Positions 1 to 11,290 are shown, counted from the first letter of the stretch. The stretch: 64,000 nucleotides of DNA from Rhodosorus marinus CCMP1338 (GCA_029953675.1 JAMWBK010000010.1:1178001-1242000), one strand, 5' to 3'. Made by a program: numbers and translations. Notes: a model not told the origin generated them from the sequence alone.

Positions 1-485
1 AAAATACACCAACCGCTTTCACTCGGGTTAACAGAACCGGCTGGTGCAAAACAATAAACGGAAACTGTTAGGGTAGGGGTTGCTGTAGGTAGTAAGATTT
101 TTGTTTGTCAATATTTTAAAGAAAATGTATATATTCTTTCGCAGCGGTCGATTTGGGCAAAGCGAGGGGGGGTAGAGGAACGGGGATTTGCGCGCCTCGT
201 TTGTTTCTGAATGGTATGGAGAGCTTTTCTTCCAGGACGGAAAAAGGGTTTTTGTGGTTCTTGCGGTTGGATTTTTGGATTCCTACGCTTTGCGGGCGTG
301 CGACAGGGAAACGGAATGGATCCACTTACGAGTATGTATATAAATCCTGGACTTGGTCGTGCACGTGCGGGCTGAGGTAGAAACGGTATGACTGTGCAAG
401 AAATGTGGATGACAGAGAACGTGAATGATAGTCTATGTAGTTGAGGGAGAAAGGCCTTTGTTGGTCATCGCACTTGTTGGTCAAG

Positions 486-839
486 ATGGGGTCGGTTTGC
501 GATAACTGCGGAAGAGGAGTTCAGGAAGAGCTTTCTCTCGGTGTTGAACTTGGCCGGAGGTTTTGTAGCATGGAGTGCTATTGGAGTGAAGTACTTGATG
601 AGGACAAGAGCCGATTGAATAGGGGGGATTCGAGGAGTTTGTCTTTGGGTAGTCGGACGTCTGAATCTTCTACTGATGGAAGGAAGGGTGCGGGGAATCG
701 CAGGACAAATGGACCATCCGTATATGCGAAGAAGACGAAAAGCGTTGATGAGATGGATACGAATGCAATGTACTTGTACCATGTTGAAAATGATTTGTCC
801 TCGACTTTCCGTATGCGAAGAGGACTCATTTTATTATAG
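486..839 (+). CDS. Small FCS/TRASH-type zinc-finger protein (single exon, 117 aa)
   Basis: ATG at 486 inside ORF 441..839. The motif CDNC-x17-FCSMEC (CxxC...FCSxxC) sits at the N-terminus and is followed by a Ser-rich low-complexity region. Confidence 0.55.
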   Translation: MGSVCDNCGRGVQEELSLGVELGRRFCSMECYWSEVLDEDKSRLNRGDSRSLSLGSRTSESSTDGRKGAGNRRTNGPSVYAKKTKSVDEMDTNAMYLYHVENDLSSTFRMRRGLILL

Positions 840-2801
840 TTTACAACTCGCAACTGCTAACATATGCATGTAATATATAGTTGACCACCCTAGCGTTAAA
901 TTATATTCAACTCTCAGAGTGTTAATTTACAAAGCTCGCAACGAGAAAGTCTGTCATTGAGACCCTTTGAGAACATGTTCATGACATTCTGCGGGGTTTG
1001 TAGTGATCGTCTGCAGCGGACGCTTGACAGACTCCCGTACCCGACTATGAGTTGTCGGTGGATTCGGGGAGGGCAAAAGCAGAACAAGGAGGTTCAGAGC
1101 TAACAAGTCAGGCAGCTACCGACCACGAGGACTCGGATTCCTTCATGTGCAAGTGTGCGAGGTCTGTTCTCGAGGTGTTTTCTACATGCAGAACTTCGCA
1201 TCCAAGGGCACAGAAAAGCCGCGCTTGTGGCTTCAGTCCTCAAGCGTTTCTCAGTGCGATTGCAAAAACAGCGGCTCCATGTCAGTATTCTCAACTCAAT
1301 ACGACTATGCTGCTTGAGAGCTAAATATTCTTGTCCAATTTTTACATCAACCCCGTTCGCCCTAGTTAATCAACCCATATCCTAAACGACGTGACCGCCA
1401 AGCAATCAGGACAGACCCCCAAAACCCACATCCGCCGCTGTAGTCGGCATTGTGAAAATACCCCAATTATTTTGGAAAACAACCTATCGGATTTCCATCA
1501 CATAAGCACACGATATCAAGATAACGAAAAAATTTCATATTGATTGAATATAATCAAGAAAGAACGTTGTGTTTTTATATTATGGAGCAGAGCCCCCTAT
1601 TGGAGTTCTAGCTCGTATGAGGGATACAACCTACCAATTAAGTATTGGAACGATGTAGTCTTAAGAGCTAGTAACCAATAGATGCTGAGAATTCTTTCCA
1701 AGGCGGCCTAATACTAGCAGTGCCACTGGGTATTGGGACAGCTGTGTTGGCTATTGGGTTTTACCGTGAAACTAACAAGCCCGGATGGGGGGCTATTGGG
1801 TGTCATTAGTGCATTGGGACTGTGGGCCTGTGGTCGCGGTGGTTAATATTTTTTTTTTCTTGGGTTTTCAGCTCCCGAAGTATTCGGCCGATCTGGAAAG
1901 ACCTCGACCTGATCAAGACGGTTCTATTTGCTGGGGAACGCATTCCCGAGCTAAAGTACGACATCTGCAGGTTCATGGCGGAGGCAAAGCAGAGTACGAA
2001 CATAGCCGCTTTTGTACCCGGAGCCGAATTTCTGTGTCTATCTCTGGGAGTACGAGGTCTACCGATCTGCATACAAGCGCGTCCAACGAACTCTGACCGA
2101 GGTGATCAGGGACGTGCTAGTTTTTCTCCTACCGCGCTGCTCTGCCTGTATTTTATTCTGTCAAGCACATTGGACCATGTAGCCATCCACACGGCGTCCC
2201 GCCGGAGAGAAAAAAAAAAAAAAAAGCGCGAGAGTCAAATAAGCGGATAGCACCACCTTCCTAAAAACTTGCAACTTATCCCGCCGCCGTCAGTTTTTAG
2301 CTAGTTAGCGTTTACTAATGAGTTAGTAGTCACACACATTGTAACTCACTCTGACTTTTCCCGTCCAAGGACACACAGACTCAGGGTCAATAGTTCTCCA
2401 GCACTCCAAATAGACTTCGCACACTCCTGACTCCCGTTCCTCCCGTCCTCCTGTCCCAGGAAACCCCCCTTCCCCCCCCCCAAAGTTGTTCGATTTCCAT
2501 TAAACCACATAGACCACAATCTAAGCAGAGCAAAAGACAAGCTGTCCCAAAAAGAACAATGCCAAAAATTCACGAAATGTGACGTCTCCACCTTCCAGCA
2601 ATGTCCGGCTATGCAAAATTATGCTCGGGCTGTGCCAAAATCTCTGGAGGTGCAACACCCTTTTGAGCTTAATCGTTATTGCACATCCCGATGGAGCAAA
2701 AGTATAAGTACGATGGTCAAACTCGATATTCCCAGGTTAGCTGGAGAGAAGATAGAGAAGAACAAGATAGAATTGGGGTATATTACCTAATTTGGGAGTA
2801 A

Positions 2802-5042
2802 TTAGGGGGGAATAAAACTCGAAATATGGAATAATTTGAGTAATACCCAGCTGGCTGTTGGAGACGTGAAATCTGGTCTCATCGCCAACTGGTTGATTGC
2901 TCCCCGGCTGAGTGGGTCCGCAATATTTTCCGCCCCTTTCTTGTATTCGATATTGAAGGAAAACGGCATTAAGCGATTCACATATCTCGCTTGTCTCTTG
3001 GTAAGCTCCTTTTGCGAGTGTAGAAAACGCAAAGGGTTATGGTCGGTGCGAAGCCCAAATCGTTGGCCCTCGCGCACGTACGTCCGCCAATGTAATACCG
3101 CTAGGGTCAACGCGTAGAGTTCCCGTTCATAAGTGGAATACTTCTCCTCCGTAGTGGTGAACCGCTGTGAGAAGTACGCAATTGGATGTTCTCCATCTTC
3201 AAAGGTTTGCAACAACACAGCCCCTACTCCCTTGTTACTGGCATCAGTACAAATTGTGATGGTTTTTGTAAAATCCGGATTTCGCAGTACTGGCTGCTGC
3301 ATCAATTTCTCCCGCAGGGTGTCAAATGCTTTCTGCTGCTCCGGTCCCCACAGAAATTCTACATTCTTCCTCGTGAGGTTGGTCAGGGGTGCTGCTACCA
3401 GGCTGAATCGTGGCACATAGTTACGGAGATAGCCCGTAAAACCCAAGAAGGACCTGACATCGTGCACATTTTCTAGGACTTGCCAATTTTTAAGGGCGGC
3501 TACCTTGCTGGGATCCGGCCGTCGTCTCCCACTCCCAACCAGATGACCCAAATATTTCGTTTCTGGTACACCGAAGACGCACTTTGACCGCTTTGTATAG
3601 AGTCGGTGGTTTCTCAGCTTCGAGAAGACGATGTCTAGATGTCCTTTGTGGTCTTCCTTATTCGCCGAGTAGATAATAATGTCGTCAAAGAAGATCATGA
3701 CGAAAACGTTTAACTCGTTGAAGAAAATACTGTTCAATAGTCGAGTAAACACAGCAGGAGCATTTGTCAGTCCAAACGGCATCACTAACCACTCGTAAAG
3801 ACCAAATGGCGTCGTGAACGCTGTTTTTGGAATGTCCTTCTTCTCCACGCGTAGTTGCCAGTAACCACTCCTCAAATCGATCACACTGAGATATGTGGCT
3901 TTGCCGAGAGCATCTAGACAATCGTCTATTCTTGGCGAGCTGGTCTTGTTGACGATGGTTGCCTGGTTCAGTTTGCGGTAATCGATGCACAATCGCCGCC
4001 CACCATCTTTTTTGTCCACAAAAAGACAGGGTGAAGCAAAAGGCGACGAGCTAGGTCGAACGAGGTTTTTGCTCAGCAAATCTTGTAGTTGAGTTTTCAG
4101 ATCCTTCTGATCTGCAAGACTCATTCGGTATGGTCTTTGGGATGTTGGTTCGGTTCCCGGTTTCAGATCAATTGTAAAGTTGACGTTTCGCCAAGGGGCC
4201 AGGTTCTTAATGTCTTCCACAAAAACGTCAGCGTATTTATCCGTAATAAATTCCTCCAGATCTTTCGCCTCTTCCAGTCGTTTTTGTGTAAATTTCGTTA
4301 TATTTTTGATTTCGGGTTCCTCCAATGTTTCACCTCTGACCGACTTCGTTTGATTCGTTACATTTTTCTGGTTCTGCACAACTAATTTTTCAGTAATGTC
4401 TTCAAGGTGTTTTTCAAGGTTTCCTTCTGTGTAGTTGTCTAGGTTTTCCTCCGTATAATTTTCAGGTTCTGGGTGGTCAGGTTGTTTGTCGGGTTGTTCA
4501 GGTTCTACTTCAGGGTTTTGTTCAGGTTCTTCTTCACTGTAATTCTCCGGGTTTTCAGGGTTGTGTTCAAGGTGAGCAGCAGAACATTCAGCTGCTTCTG
4601 GTTGATTTTCTGGTTCTTCAGGATTTTCTGGGTTATTTCCTTCGTTGGGGTTCAGTGTCAGCGTCTGGTTTGATAGATCGAGTTGCGCCTTATATTTGTG
4701 GAGGAAATCTCTTCCCAGATACCCTGGGCTTGTGGCGTCTTCTACAACGTAAGGTCGCCAGTTGAAGCTGTGACCGCCCAGTTGTAAGGTTACCTTGGCT
4801 TCGCCCAAGATACTTATGGATGTGCCTGGCTAGGTCGTGTCCAATTTCCCGTGTTGGGTTGAGATAATTGGAGCAGCATCTGGAATACCTCTCAAAACAG
4901 AATGACTGCTGCCGGTATCAACTAAGAGAGAAATCTCTCGACCGTTGATCCGCCCAACTAGTGTCATATCTGCCGTCAATGGGATCGAGACGCCTGGGTC
5001 GGCAACAGTGTCGGCGTGCGTCACTGCCGCCCTCCGTTTAAC
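2802..5042 (-). pseudogene. pol: Ty3/gypsy pol (PR-RT-RNaseH) with an in-frame TAG inside the protease, truncated before integrase
   Basis: ORFs 4830..5024 and 2802..4808 are in the same frame, separated only by TAG at 4830-4832 (KLDTT*PGTSISILGEAK). No HHCC or DDE integrase motifs follow. Confidence 0.88.
4992..5042 (-). promoter_or_regulatory. Putative -1 programmed ribosomal frameshift signal between gag and pol
   Basis: Heptamer G_TTA_AAC at 5042-5036 is in the gag frame, and the -1 frame is open into the protease. It is followed by stem GGCGGCAGTG/CACTGTTGCC and a possible pseudoknot pairing ACGCC/GGCGT. Confidence 0.55.
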
Positions 5043-5797
5043 TGTTGGGTTGTAGGAGGTGTAGACTTCGAGATTGTCGGATCTCTATTAGGGTTGTTCC
5101 AGCAGATCCTTTGTGTATGCCCCTTCTTCCCGCAGTAGTTGCAAACAATGTTGGTGTAGTTACGCTTCTGCAGCGCTTGCGTTCCGGGTTGGTAAATGCG
5201 TCCAGACCTGGTTCCCCTGCTTACAGTGGTCTGGGGCGTTGCCATTTTTTGGGGAAATTTCTCTTCCCGTCTGGAAGGTTGGCTGGCTGCCTCAGCTCCC
5301 TCAATTTTTAGGGCAAGTGCCTGTGCCGCCTCAAAATCCTGCACGTCCTGTATGTAGATGTATTTCTTGACCTCGGGTTTAAGGCCTTCGACGAAGCGGT
5401 CGAATTTCTCTGAATCAGAAATTTCTCCAACCTGGATCAGACAATTGTTGAAATATGCGGAATATGCTGCTACACTCGTTTTCTGCTCTGCCCGTGCGAG
5501 TTGCTGTTTCGCGCGGATCTTAGCGTCCGCTGGGTAGAATTGCGACTTTAAAGCATCCTCAAATCCAGCGTAGCGCGTGGGTTTTTGCGATTCAGGTATC
5601 AGGGACCACCAATACGAAGCGTCGCCAGTGAGATAGCCCTCTGCGAGGGTAATCTTGTAGTCGTTGTCGTCGTCAGGCAGACGAGCCAACTTAAAATACG
5701 TGCGTAGGCTATTCAAGAAGGTACTGATAGTCAAAGCATCGCGCCGCCCGTCATAGGGTTTCGGTTGCGGAGCCTGGATCTTGATTAGCGACGACAT
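5021..5797 (-). CDS. gag: Ty3/gypsy Gag (258 aa)
   Basis: PKPYDG N-terminal motif, LTGDASYWW, FVEGLKPEVK, and a CNYCGKKGHTQRIC zinc knuckle. Confidence 0.9.
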   Translation of the reverse strand: MSSLIKIQAPQPKPYDGRRDALTISTFLNSLRTYFKLARLPDDDNDYKITLAEGYLTGDASYWWSLIPESQKPTRYAGFEDALKSQFYPADAKIRAKQQLARAEQKTSVAAYSAYFNNCLIQVGEISDSEKFDRFVEGLKPEVKKYIYIQDVQDFEAAQALALKIEGAEAASQPSRREEKFPQKMATPQTTVSRGTRSGRIYQPGTQALQKRNYTNIVCNYCGKKGHTQRICWNNPNRDPTISKSTPPTTQQLNGGRQ

Positions 5798-5909
5798 TCT
5801 GGGTTTATCTCGAATGCAGGTTCAGGTATCAAATTTTCAGGATCAGCTTTTTCTGGTTTTCTGGTTTCTCAAAAGGTCTCTATTTGCGGGCTCATATTCG
5901 TCAGGGTTT

Positions 5910-5991
5910 CTGGTTATATAGGATTCCTCTGGTTCAACTGGTTATATAGGATTCCTCTGGTTCAACTGGTTATATAGGATTCCTCTGGTTC
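5910..5991. repeat. 28-bp tandem repeat x ~3 in the gypsy leader
   Basis: Unit CTGGTTATATAGGATTCCTCTGGTTCAA at 5910, 5938 and 5966 (last copy partial). The inverted arm has only one copy. Confidence 0.9.
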
Positions 5992-6029
5992 TTTTCTGGT
6001 TCTAGTAGTACTGGTCTCATCGCAAGTTG

Positions 6030-6043
6030 CGATTGAGGAACCA
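6030..6043 (-). other. Possible primer-binding site of the gypsy element
   Basis: On the minus strand, ...GTTCGCA-TAA-TGGTTCCTCAATCG matches the LTR-end CA + spacer + TGG pattern. The cognate tRNA was not identified. Confidence 0.3.
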
Positions 6044-6227
6044 TTATGCGAACCTGAAAAGTGAGCCCAGTACTACTAGAACCAGAAAAGAACCAGAGGA
6101 ATCCTATATAACCAGAAACCCTGACGAATATGAGCCCGCAACCAGAGACCTTTTGAGAAACCAGAAAACCAGAAAAAGCTGATCCTGAAAATTTGATACC
6201 TGAACCTGCATTCGAGATAAACCCAGA

Positions 6228-6364
6228 ATGTCGTCGCTAATCAAGATCCAGGCTCCGCAACCGAAACCCTATGACGGGCGGCGCGATGCTTTGACTATCA
6301 GTACCTTCTTGAATAGCCTACGCACGTATTTTAAGTTTGCTCGTCTGCCTGACGACGACGACGA
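6228..6364 (+). pseudogene. Truncated gag fragment (about 45 codons) in the inverted arm
   Basis: Matches the gag N-terminus up to LPDDD, then diverges into unrelated sequence. Confidence 0.85.
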
Positions 6365-7153
6365 TCTAAAAAGACAGCCTGTCATTACGGATAAAATACC
6401 GAAACAGAACCCCCCCTACTTATCCTCGGTTAGAAAAACAATTGTATTCTAGACGAAATTCATTTTACCTTTTTTTTGTGCTTTGCATCAGAAAGTTGAA
6501 AAAGGGAATAAAAATTAAGTACTTGATCACGGGGCCCCCCTATTGCAATGGTCGAATGGAGACCTGACCCGTAAAAAAAATCTGGACGGAGCTCTCTTTT
6601 CGGACTGTGGTCGACGACCTCTTTGAAAAATACAAAAACATTACAATATGATACACTTTTTTTTTGCGGGAGAAAATCGTATATCATACAGGCAGAGAGG
6701 GAGGGGGGTATGAGGAAAGGAGCTGTGTGAAAGTAAGTGTTTGGTTAAGGGTGATTGAATTTCGGGTTTTAATATTTAGTAGAAATTATTTGTGAGTATG
6801 AGGCGATTTTTTACCCGTTGGGAATTTGCAGGCTTATGTTTATATTTGGAGACTGGCCAGGGGGGTTAGGATTGTATTGAAAAGTTTGTGGGTGTGCATT
6901 GAGGGAGGTTGGGAGTCTCTTGTTGGCCGATGGAAAAAGAAGGGAAGATTGAGATACCTTTCTTGTTTGGCAGAGGAGGAGCTGGTGTAACGGTATAAGA
7001 AGGGTTGGTAGATTCGAAACAAGGAGTAGATTAGGTCGTGGGATTTGTTTTTGGGAAGGGGGGTGGGTTCTAGTTGGAGTTTTGGTTGGCATCGGCCGGG
7101 CGGGAGGGGGGGTGGGGAGATTGGAAGAGGATTAGGGTTTTGCTGGATACAAG

Positions 7154-8546
7154 ATGGTTGCGTTTGTATCAGGACAGGGAGTGATTGGTCGGAAGACCAG
7201 CAAGAGAAAAATGGATCCTTTGGTCAAGATGAGTGCGGAAACGAGTGAGGCGCCTTTACTCGTACGTGCTGCGAGGGGGGAGAAAGTTGAACGTCCTCCG
7301 GTGTGGATGATGCGTCAAGCTGGCAGATATATGAAGGTGTATCAGGAGCTTGCAAAGAAGCACCCATCATTCAGGGAGAGATCGGAGATTCCTGAGCTGT
7401 CCACTGAGATTTCCCTCCAGCCGTGGGAAGCTTTTCAGCCGGATGGTGTGATCCTGTTCAGCGACATCCTGACACCCCTGCCTGGCATGGGAGTGAACTT
7501 TGATATTCCTGACAAGGGTCCGGTCATTGAACCACCGCTGCGTACCAAGGACGATATTGACCTCGTACACGAGCTTGATCCGACTTCTGCGACTCCCTTT
7601 GTGGGAAAAACCCTGCGGGATTTGACGAAGGAAGTTGACGGAAAAGCTGCTATCCTGGGCTTTGTCGGAGCCCCCTATACTCTGGCCACCTATTGCGTGG
7701 AAGGTAGGAATGTTTGCCGAGAGGATAGAACAGAGTATAGTTGACGGTGCTCATCCTTTCAGTTGCATCTTCACTGTATGACACCTCCAGGTGGTAGCTC
7801 AAAATCATACTCCGCGATCAAAAGAATGGCCTTCACTGAGGGTGAGCTGCTTCACAGCCTGCTCGGAAAATTTGCGGACAACATCGCTACATACGCTTGC
7901 TATCAAATTGAGAATGGAGCTCAGACTGTTCAGATGTTTGATTCCTGGGCTGGACAGCTATCACCAATCGACTACGACATTTTCGCAGCTCCGTATCAGA
8001 AGAGGTAGGTTATCAAGTTCGTTGCTCTTGTCCGGAACAGCGGGTGAGTGCTTCAGATTCGCTGAGAGTCGTGCCCCCTTCCTCCTTTCCCCCAAATTGC
8101 TCGGATTTCAGAGTGGTTGATAAGGTGAAGGAGAAATACCCCGACGTGCCTTTCATCATCTACATCTCTCAGGGCGGCACGTTGTTGGAGCGGATGGCCA
8201 GTACTGGCGTAGACATTGTATCCGTGGATTGGACTGTAGATATGAAAGACGCTAGGGAAAGACTGGGTGACGTCAAAGTACAAGGGAACATGGATCCTGC
8301 AGTTCTCCTCGGATCGAAAGAATTTATCACCGATCGAATCATGGATACGATTCAGAAAGCGGGACCTACTGGGTAACGATATCAGCCCTGCAGGACTCCA
8401 CATGCTTTGCGATCGGCTCTCTAAGCTTGTGCTTTTTTCCTTCTGTCAACAGTCATATCATGAATCTGGGCCATGGTGTCATGCCCAATACGCCGGAGGA
8501 GAATGTTGAGCACTATTTCAGAACGGTACAAAACTTCAAATGGTGA
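7154..8546 (+). CDS. hemE: Uroporphyrinogen III decarboxylase, plastid-targeted; 4 exons (~7154-7703, 7791-8004, 8112-8372, 8453-8546)
   Basis: [45 protein letters not shown] and HIMNLGHG motifs. GT-AG introns join the frames. N-terminal MVAFVSG extension resembles a transit peptide. Confidence 0.96.
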
Positions 8547-9164
8547 GCTGGGTGAATACTGGTCATGGGAGTTTGTTTCTTTGGCCAACAGAACGCCTTC
8601 GGCGGAAAAATAGAGGAATACGGTGACCTGAAATAGTGACAGCAAGTACCCAAGCAAGAGTGTCCTACACAGACTTTTTCCAAGAAAGTGTGTCTTCTGT
8701 AGATCCACCTCGGTATCTACGCCGTGGTTTTTGAGTGCTCTGAAACTGTTTTTTTGACTCTGTCAGTTGATAAACGAAAACGTGTAAGGATCCTACCTGG
8801 TACGATCGGGCTGGAGGTTTGTGAAAGGGCTCGGCGTTTCCTAACAGAAAAGCAGCTAGAGCAGGAGCTTCGACCGCAATCCTTTGCAGAACTTTGCTCC
8901 CAGACCGTCTTGCGGAGTTGGGGAAAGTGCTTCGGTTCGACTCAAGGTCAAAGCTTTGACACTCAGAGCGTGATTACGGGAGACAGGAATTCGCCTGGAG
9001 GTTGAGTTCGTTTCCGACGCCCAGGTCATATTTGCCGGGCTGTGATCGGTTTTGAAAACCTCGTCATGGGCGAAACTTCTTCTCCGATGGTGGTTAATTT
9101 CTTGTTAGGTGGCCTATCGGACATGGGCAACCCGATAACTTCCCTCTGACCACCAGACTACGTG

Positions 9165-10108
9165 TCAGCCGCCTCCCTGGAGGAACATGATCAATTGCTT
9201 CTTATAGTTCGTGTCGACGACGTCGAGGGGCGTCTTTTTGTCCTCGTTCTGCACTTCAAGAAGTTCCATTCCATTCAAATCGATCAGTTGCCTGACAATC
9301 CGGTCGTTGCCATTTTCACAGGCAATGTGCATGACCGTATCTCCCGCTTTGTTTTCCCTCTCCACATCGGCACCTGCAAGTTGAGCGGAGAATCACGAAT
9401 GGGTACAGTTTTCCAACAGTTGATGCAAAATCTGATGGGAGAAAGACCTACCCAAGGAGATCAGCAACGACGCTGCTTCGTTGTGGTTTTTCCCAACAGC
9501 ACGAAACAAAGGCGTGTTTCCGTATTTGTCGCCCGCGTTTATCTTCGCTTGAGCTTGCGCAAGCAGTTGGATTAGCATAACATTGCCTCTCCCTGCAGCA
9601 TAATGGAGGGCGGTTATTTTTGAGCTAGTACCGGCTCGAACAAGTTTCTGAACTGCGGCGTCCCCGTTGTCAACCGCCAGTTTATCGAGGAGAAGCCTGA
9701 CCACCTTCTCATGGTCACACGCACACGCCGAATGAAGGACAGTAGTCCCTTCTTCATCCGAGACATCAATCTTCGCATCATACTTCAGCAAGATTTCAAC
9801 AATTCGTACGTCACCTGTCCAAGAAGCAAGTCCACGCGTTTCGCTTGGTAAGGAGGAGCGCCCGTCCCTACCACAGCCAAGAGGGTCGTACAATACATAC
9901 CTGTCGTAGCCGCCCAGTGAAGCATTGTCCTCCCATCCTCATCTCTTTCATTAAGAGCTTTCAATCTCTTCGCTCCGTCATCCCCAAAGCCCTCCAGCCA
10001 CCCACGCAGCCCATCCGCATCCCTCCTATCCACACAAGACCTACCGGTACTCACCTTCGACCCATCCAGCCAAGTAGCCATCCCTGCCTCCGATATTCGC
10101 TCCCTCAT
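9165..10108 (-). CDS. Ankyrin-repeat protein, gankyrin/PSMD10-like; 3 exons
   Basis: Repeats GRTMLHWAA, GTTVLHSAC, TALHYAAGRG, GNTPLFRAV, GDTVMHIAC and KKTPLDVV lie in ORFs 9785..10108, 9393..9893 and 9165..9365. Confidence 0.85.
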
Positions 10109-10263
10109 GCAAATCTTCTTAATAAGAATCGGTCAAGGTAGCTCATTCAACTCTTCACTCAGATCAGATTTCATCCAGACAAGTACTGAGCAACTACAAC
10201 AACCGTCACCCCTTCCAAAGTGCAGACGATACAGCACCTCACCTTTCGCTTCAACTGTCCCAC

Positions 10264-10346
10264 TTTTGTCCCATGGGACAAAAAAGATCTGCGGAGAGCA
10301 TTCTCAGTAGTTTGTTGAATGAGTATTCAACAAACTACTGAGAATG
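10264..10346. repeat. Perfect 20-bp palindrome (10264-10283) next to a perfect 22-bp-stem / 4-nt-loop hairpin (10299-10346)
   Basis: TTTTGTCCCA|TGGGACAAAA, and CATTCTCAGTAGTTTGTTGAAT-GAGT-ATTCAACAAACTACTGAGAATG. Confidence 0.95.
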
Positions 10347-11290
10347 AGAACTCGATCAGACTCAGGTGAATGCTGGTTTGGAGGACAGGTCATCGAGGGG
10401 TTCTTTGCAGAGAACAGTAATATAGTCGAAAGATTATGAAGGTAGACTATGTTCTCGGAGTAAACTTATGCTCCGCCAGGGTGTGGTGGTACGTGGATCG
10501 CTTCTATGAAACCCTATGTAGGAGCGTCCGTGGATAGCGAATTTTCTATATATGCCCGAGAAGGTGTAGCCGTTGTACGTTGGAAGATAATTGTCCCATG
10601 CTCGATGCGAACTGGACCTATTGAAGCTGCTAGGATGAGGTGCGGTCTCAGATAACGCTACTGCAGACACCCGCAAGGCATGCAGCCCCGCCCACTTGTC
10701 GCTTTCATCAAGACCAGATAGAATCAACAGAAAGCCGAGAAGTACAGACATGCTGCCGCGATTACTTTTAACATTTCAAAGGGGCCCCTCCAAATGGTCG
10801 CAAGCATCCTCTTCACGCTCTCTCGACTCCCATGACAACGATCTAGTACTTTTGCTAGTACACAAAAACAGTCATTTAGATGATTGAGAAACTACATATT
10901 GACTGCAACATTTTACGTTCTGTTATTTTCAAATTTTTAATTGCTTAGTTAGACGAGTTGAAACCATGAATTATGAATCTTTTTGGTGGGGTTTCCCAAC
11001 GCCCCCCTTGATGATGTTTTATCCAATGACATAGGAGTATATGTAGAGCAAAAGTCAATCTTGAATTTGGTTGGATTATTTTGTTTGGTAGGGGGTTTTT
11101 GGTGACATTTGTTGTGAAGCGTTGGAGAAGACTACAAAAAGGGTGAGGAGGGAGAGTTGGGAGTGCACTGGGGTACATGGGTGTTTTGAGAAGGAAGAAC
11201 AGAGAAAGGAGCTTTCTTTTGTTTTACTTTCGATTTGGTTGATATTATACTTGGTTTGTGAGTTGCCCCTCGGTTTTGTTTTAATATTGA

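Larger units (their letters stand above)
2802..6047 (-). mobile_element. Ty3/gypsy LTR retrotransposon, decayed: gag-PR-RT-RNaseH present, integrase and LTRs missing
   Basis: Domain order is gag (CCHC knuckle), retropepsin (LLVDTGS...GRDFL), RT (RLCIDYRKLN, IDLRSGYWQ, MPFGLTNAP, FFDDIIIYS) and RNase H (TDAS, YSTYERE, TDHNPL, ADPLSR). The ORF runs out about 30 codons after RNase H. Confidence 0.95.
5661..6364. repeat. ~300-bp inverted duplication of the gypsy leader and gag 5' end (arms ~5661-6017 and ~6064-6364, ~45-bp spacer)
   Basis: The right arm is the reverse complement of the left arm with a few mismatches and without two of the 28-bp units. Both arms encode MSSLIKIQAPQPKPYDGRRDALTISTFLNSLRTYFK. 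Confidence 0.95.

Noticed and set aside
2230-2800. 3' LTR or tyrosine-recombinase ORF (DIRS-like reading of the inverted repeat)
   Set aside because: No TG...CA repeat matches the 5' side and there are no YR motifs. The RT/RNase H and protease are gypsy-type, and the inverted repeat is internal rather than terminal.
8925-8945. GGTTCGA-type T-loop motifs (also at 40608) as tRNA genes
   Set aside because: No cloverleaf or D-arm can be built.
10434-10887. ORF 10434..10751 as a divergent partner of H4
   Set aside because: Not histone-like and has no recognisable motif.
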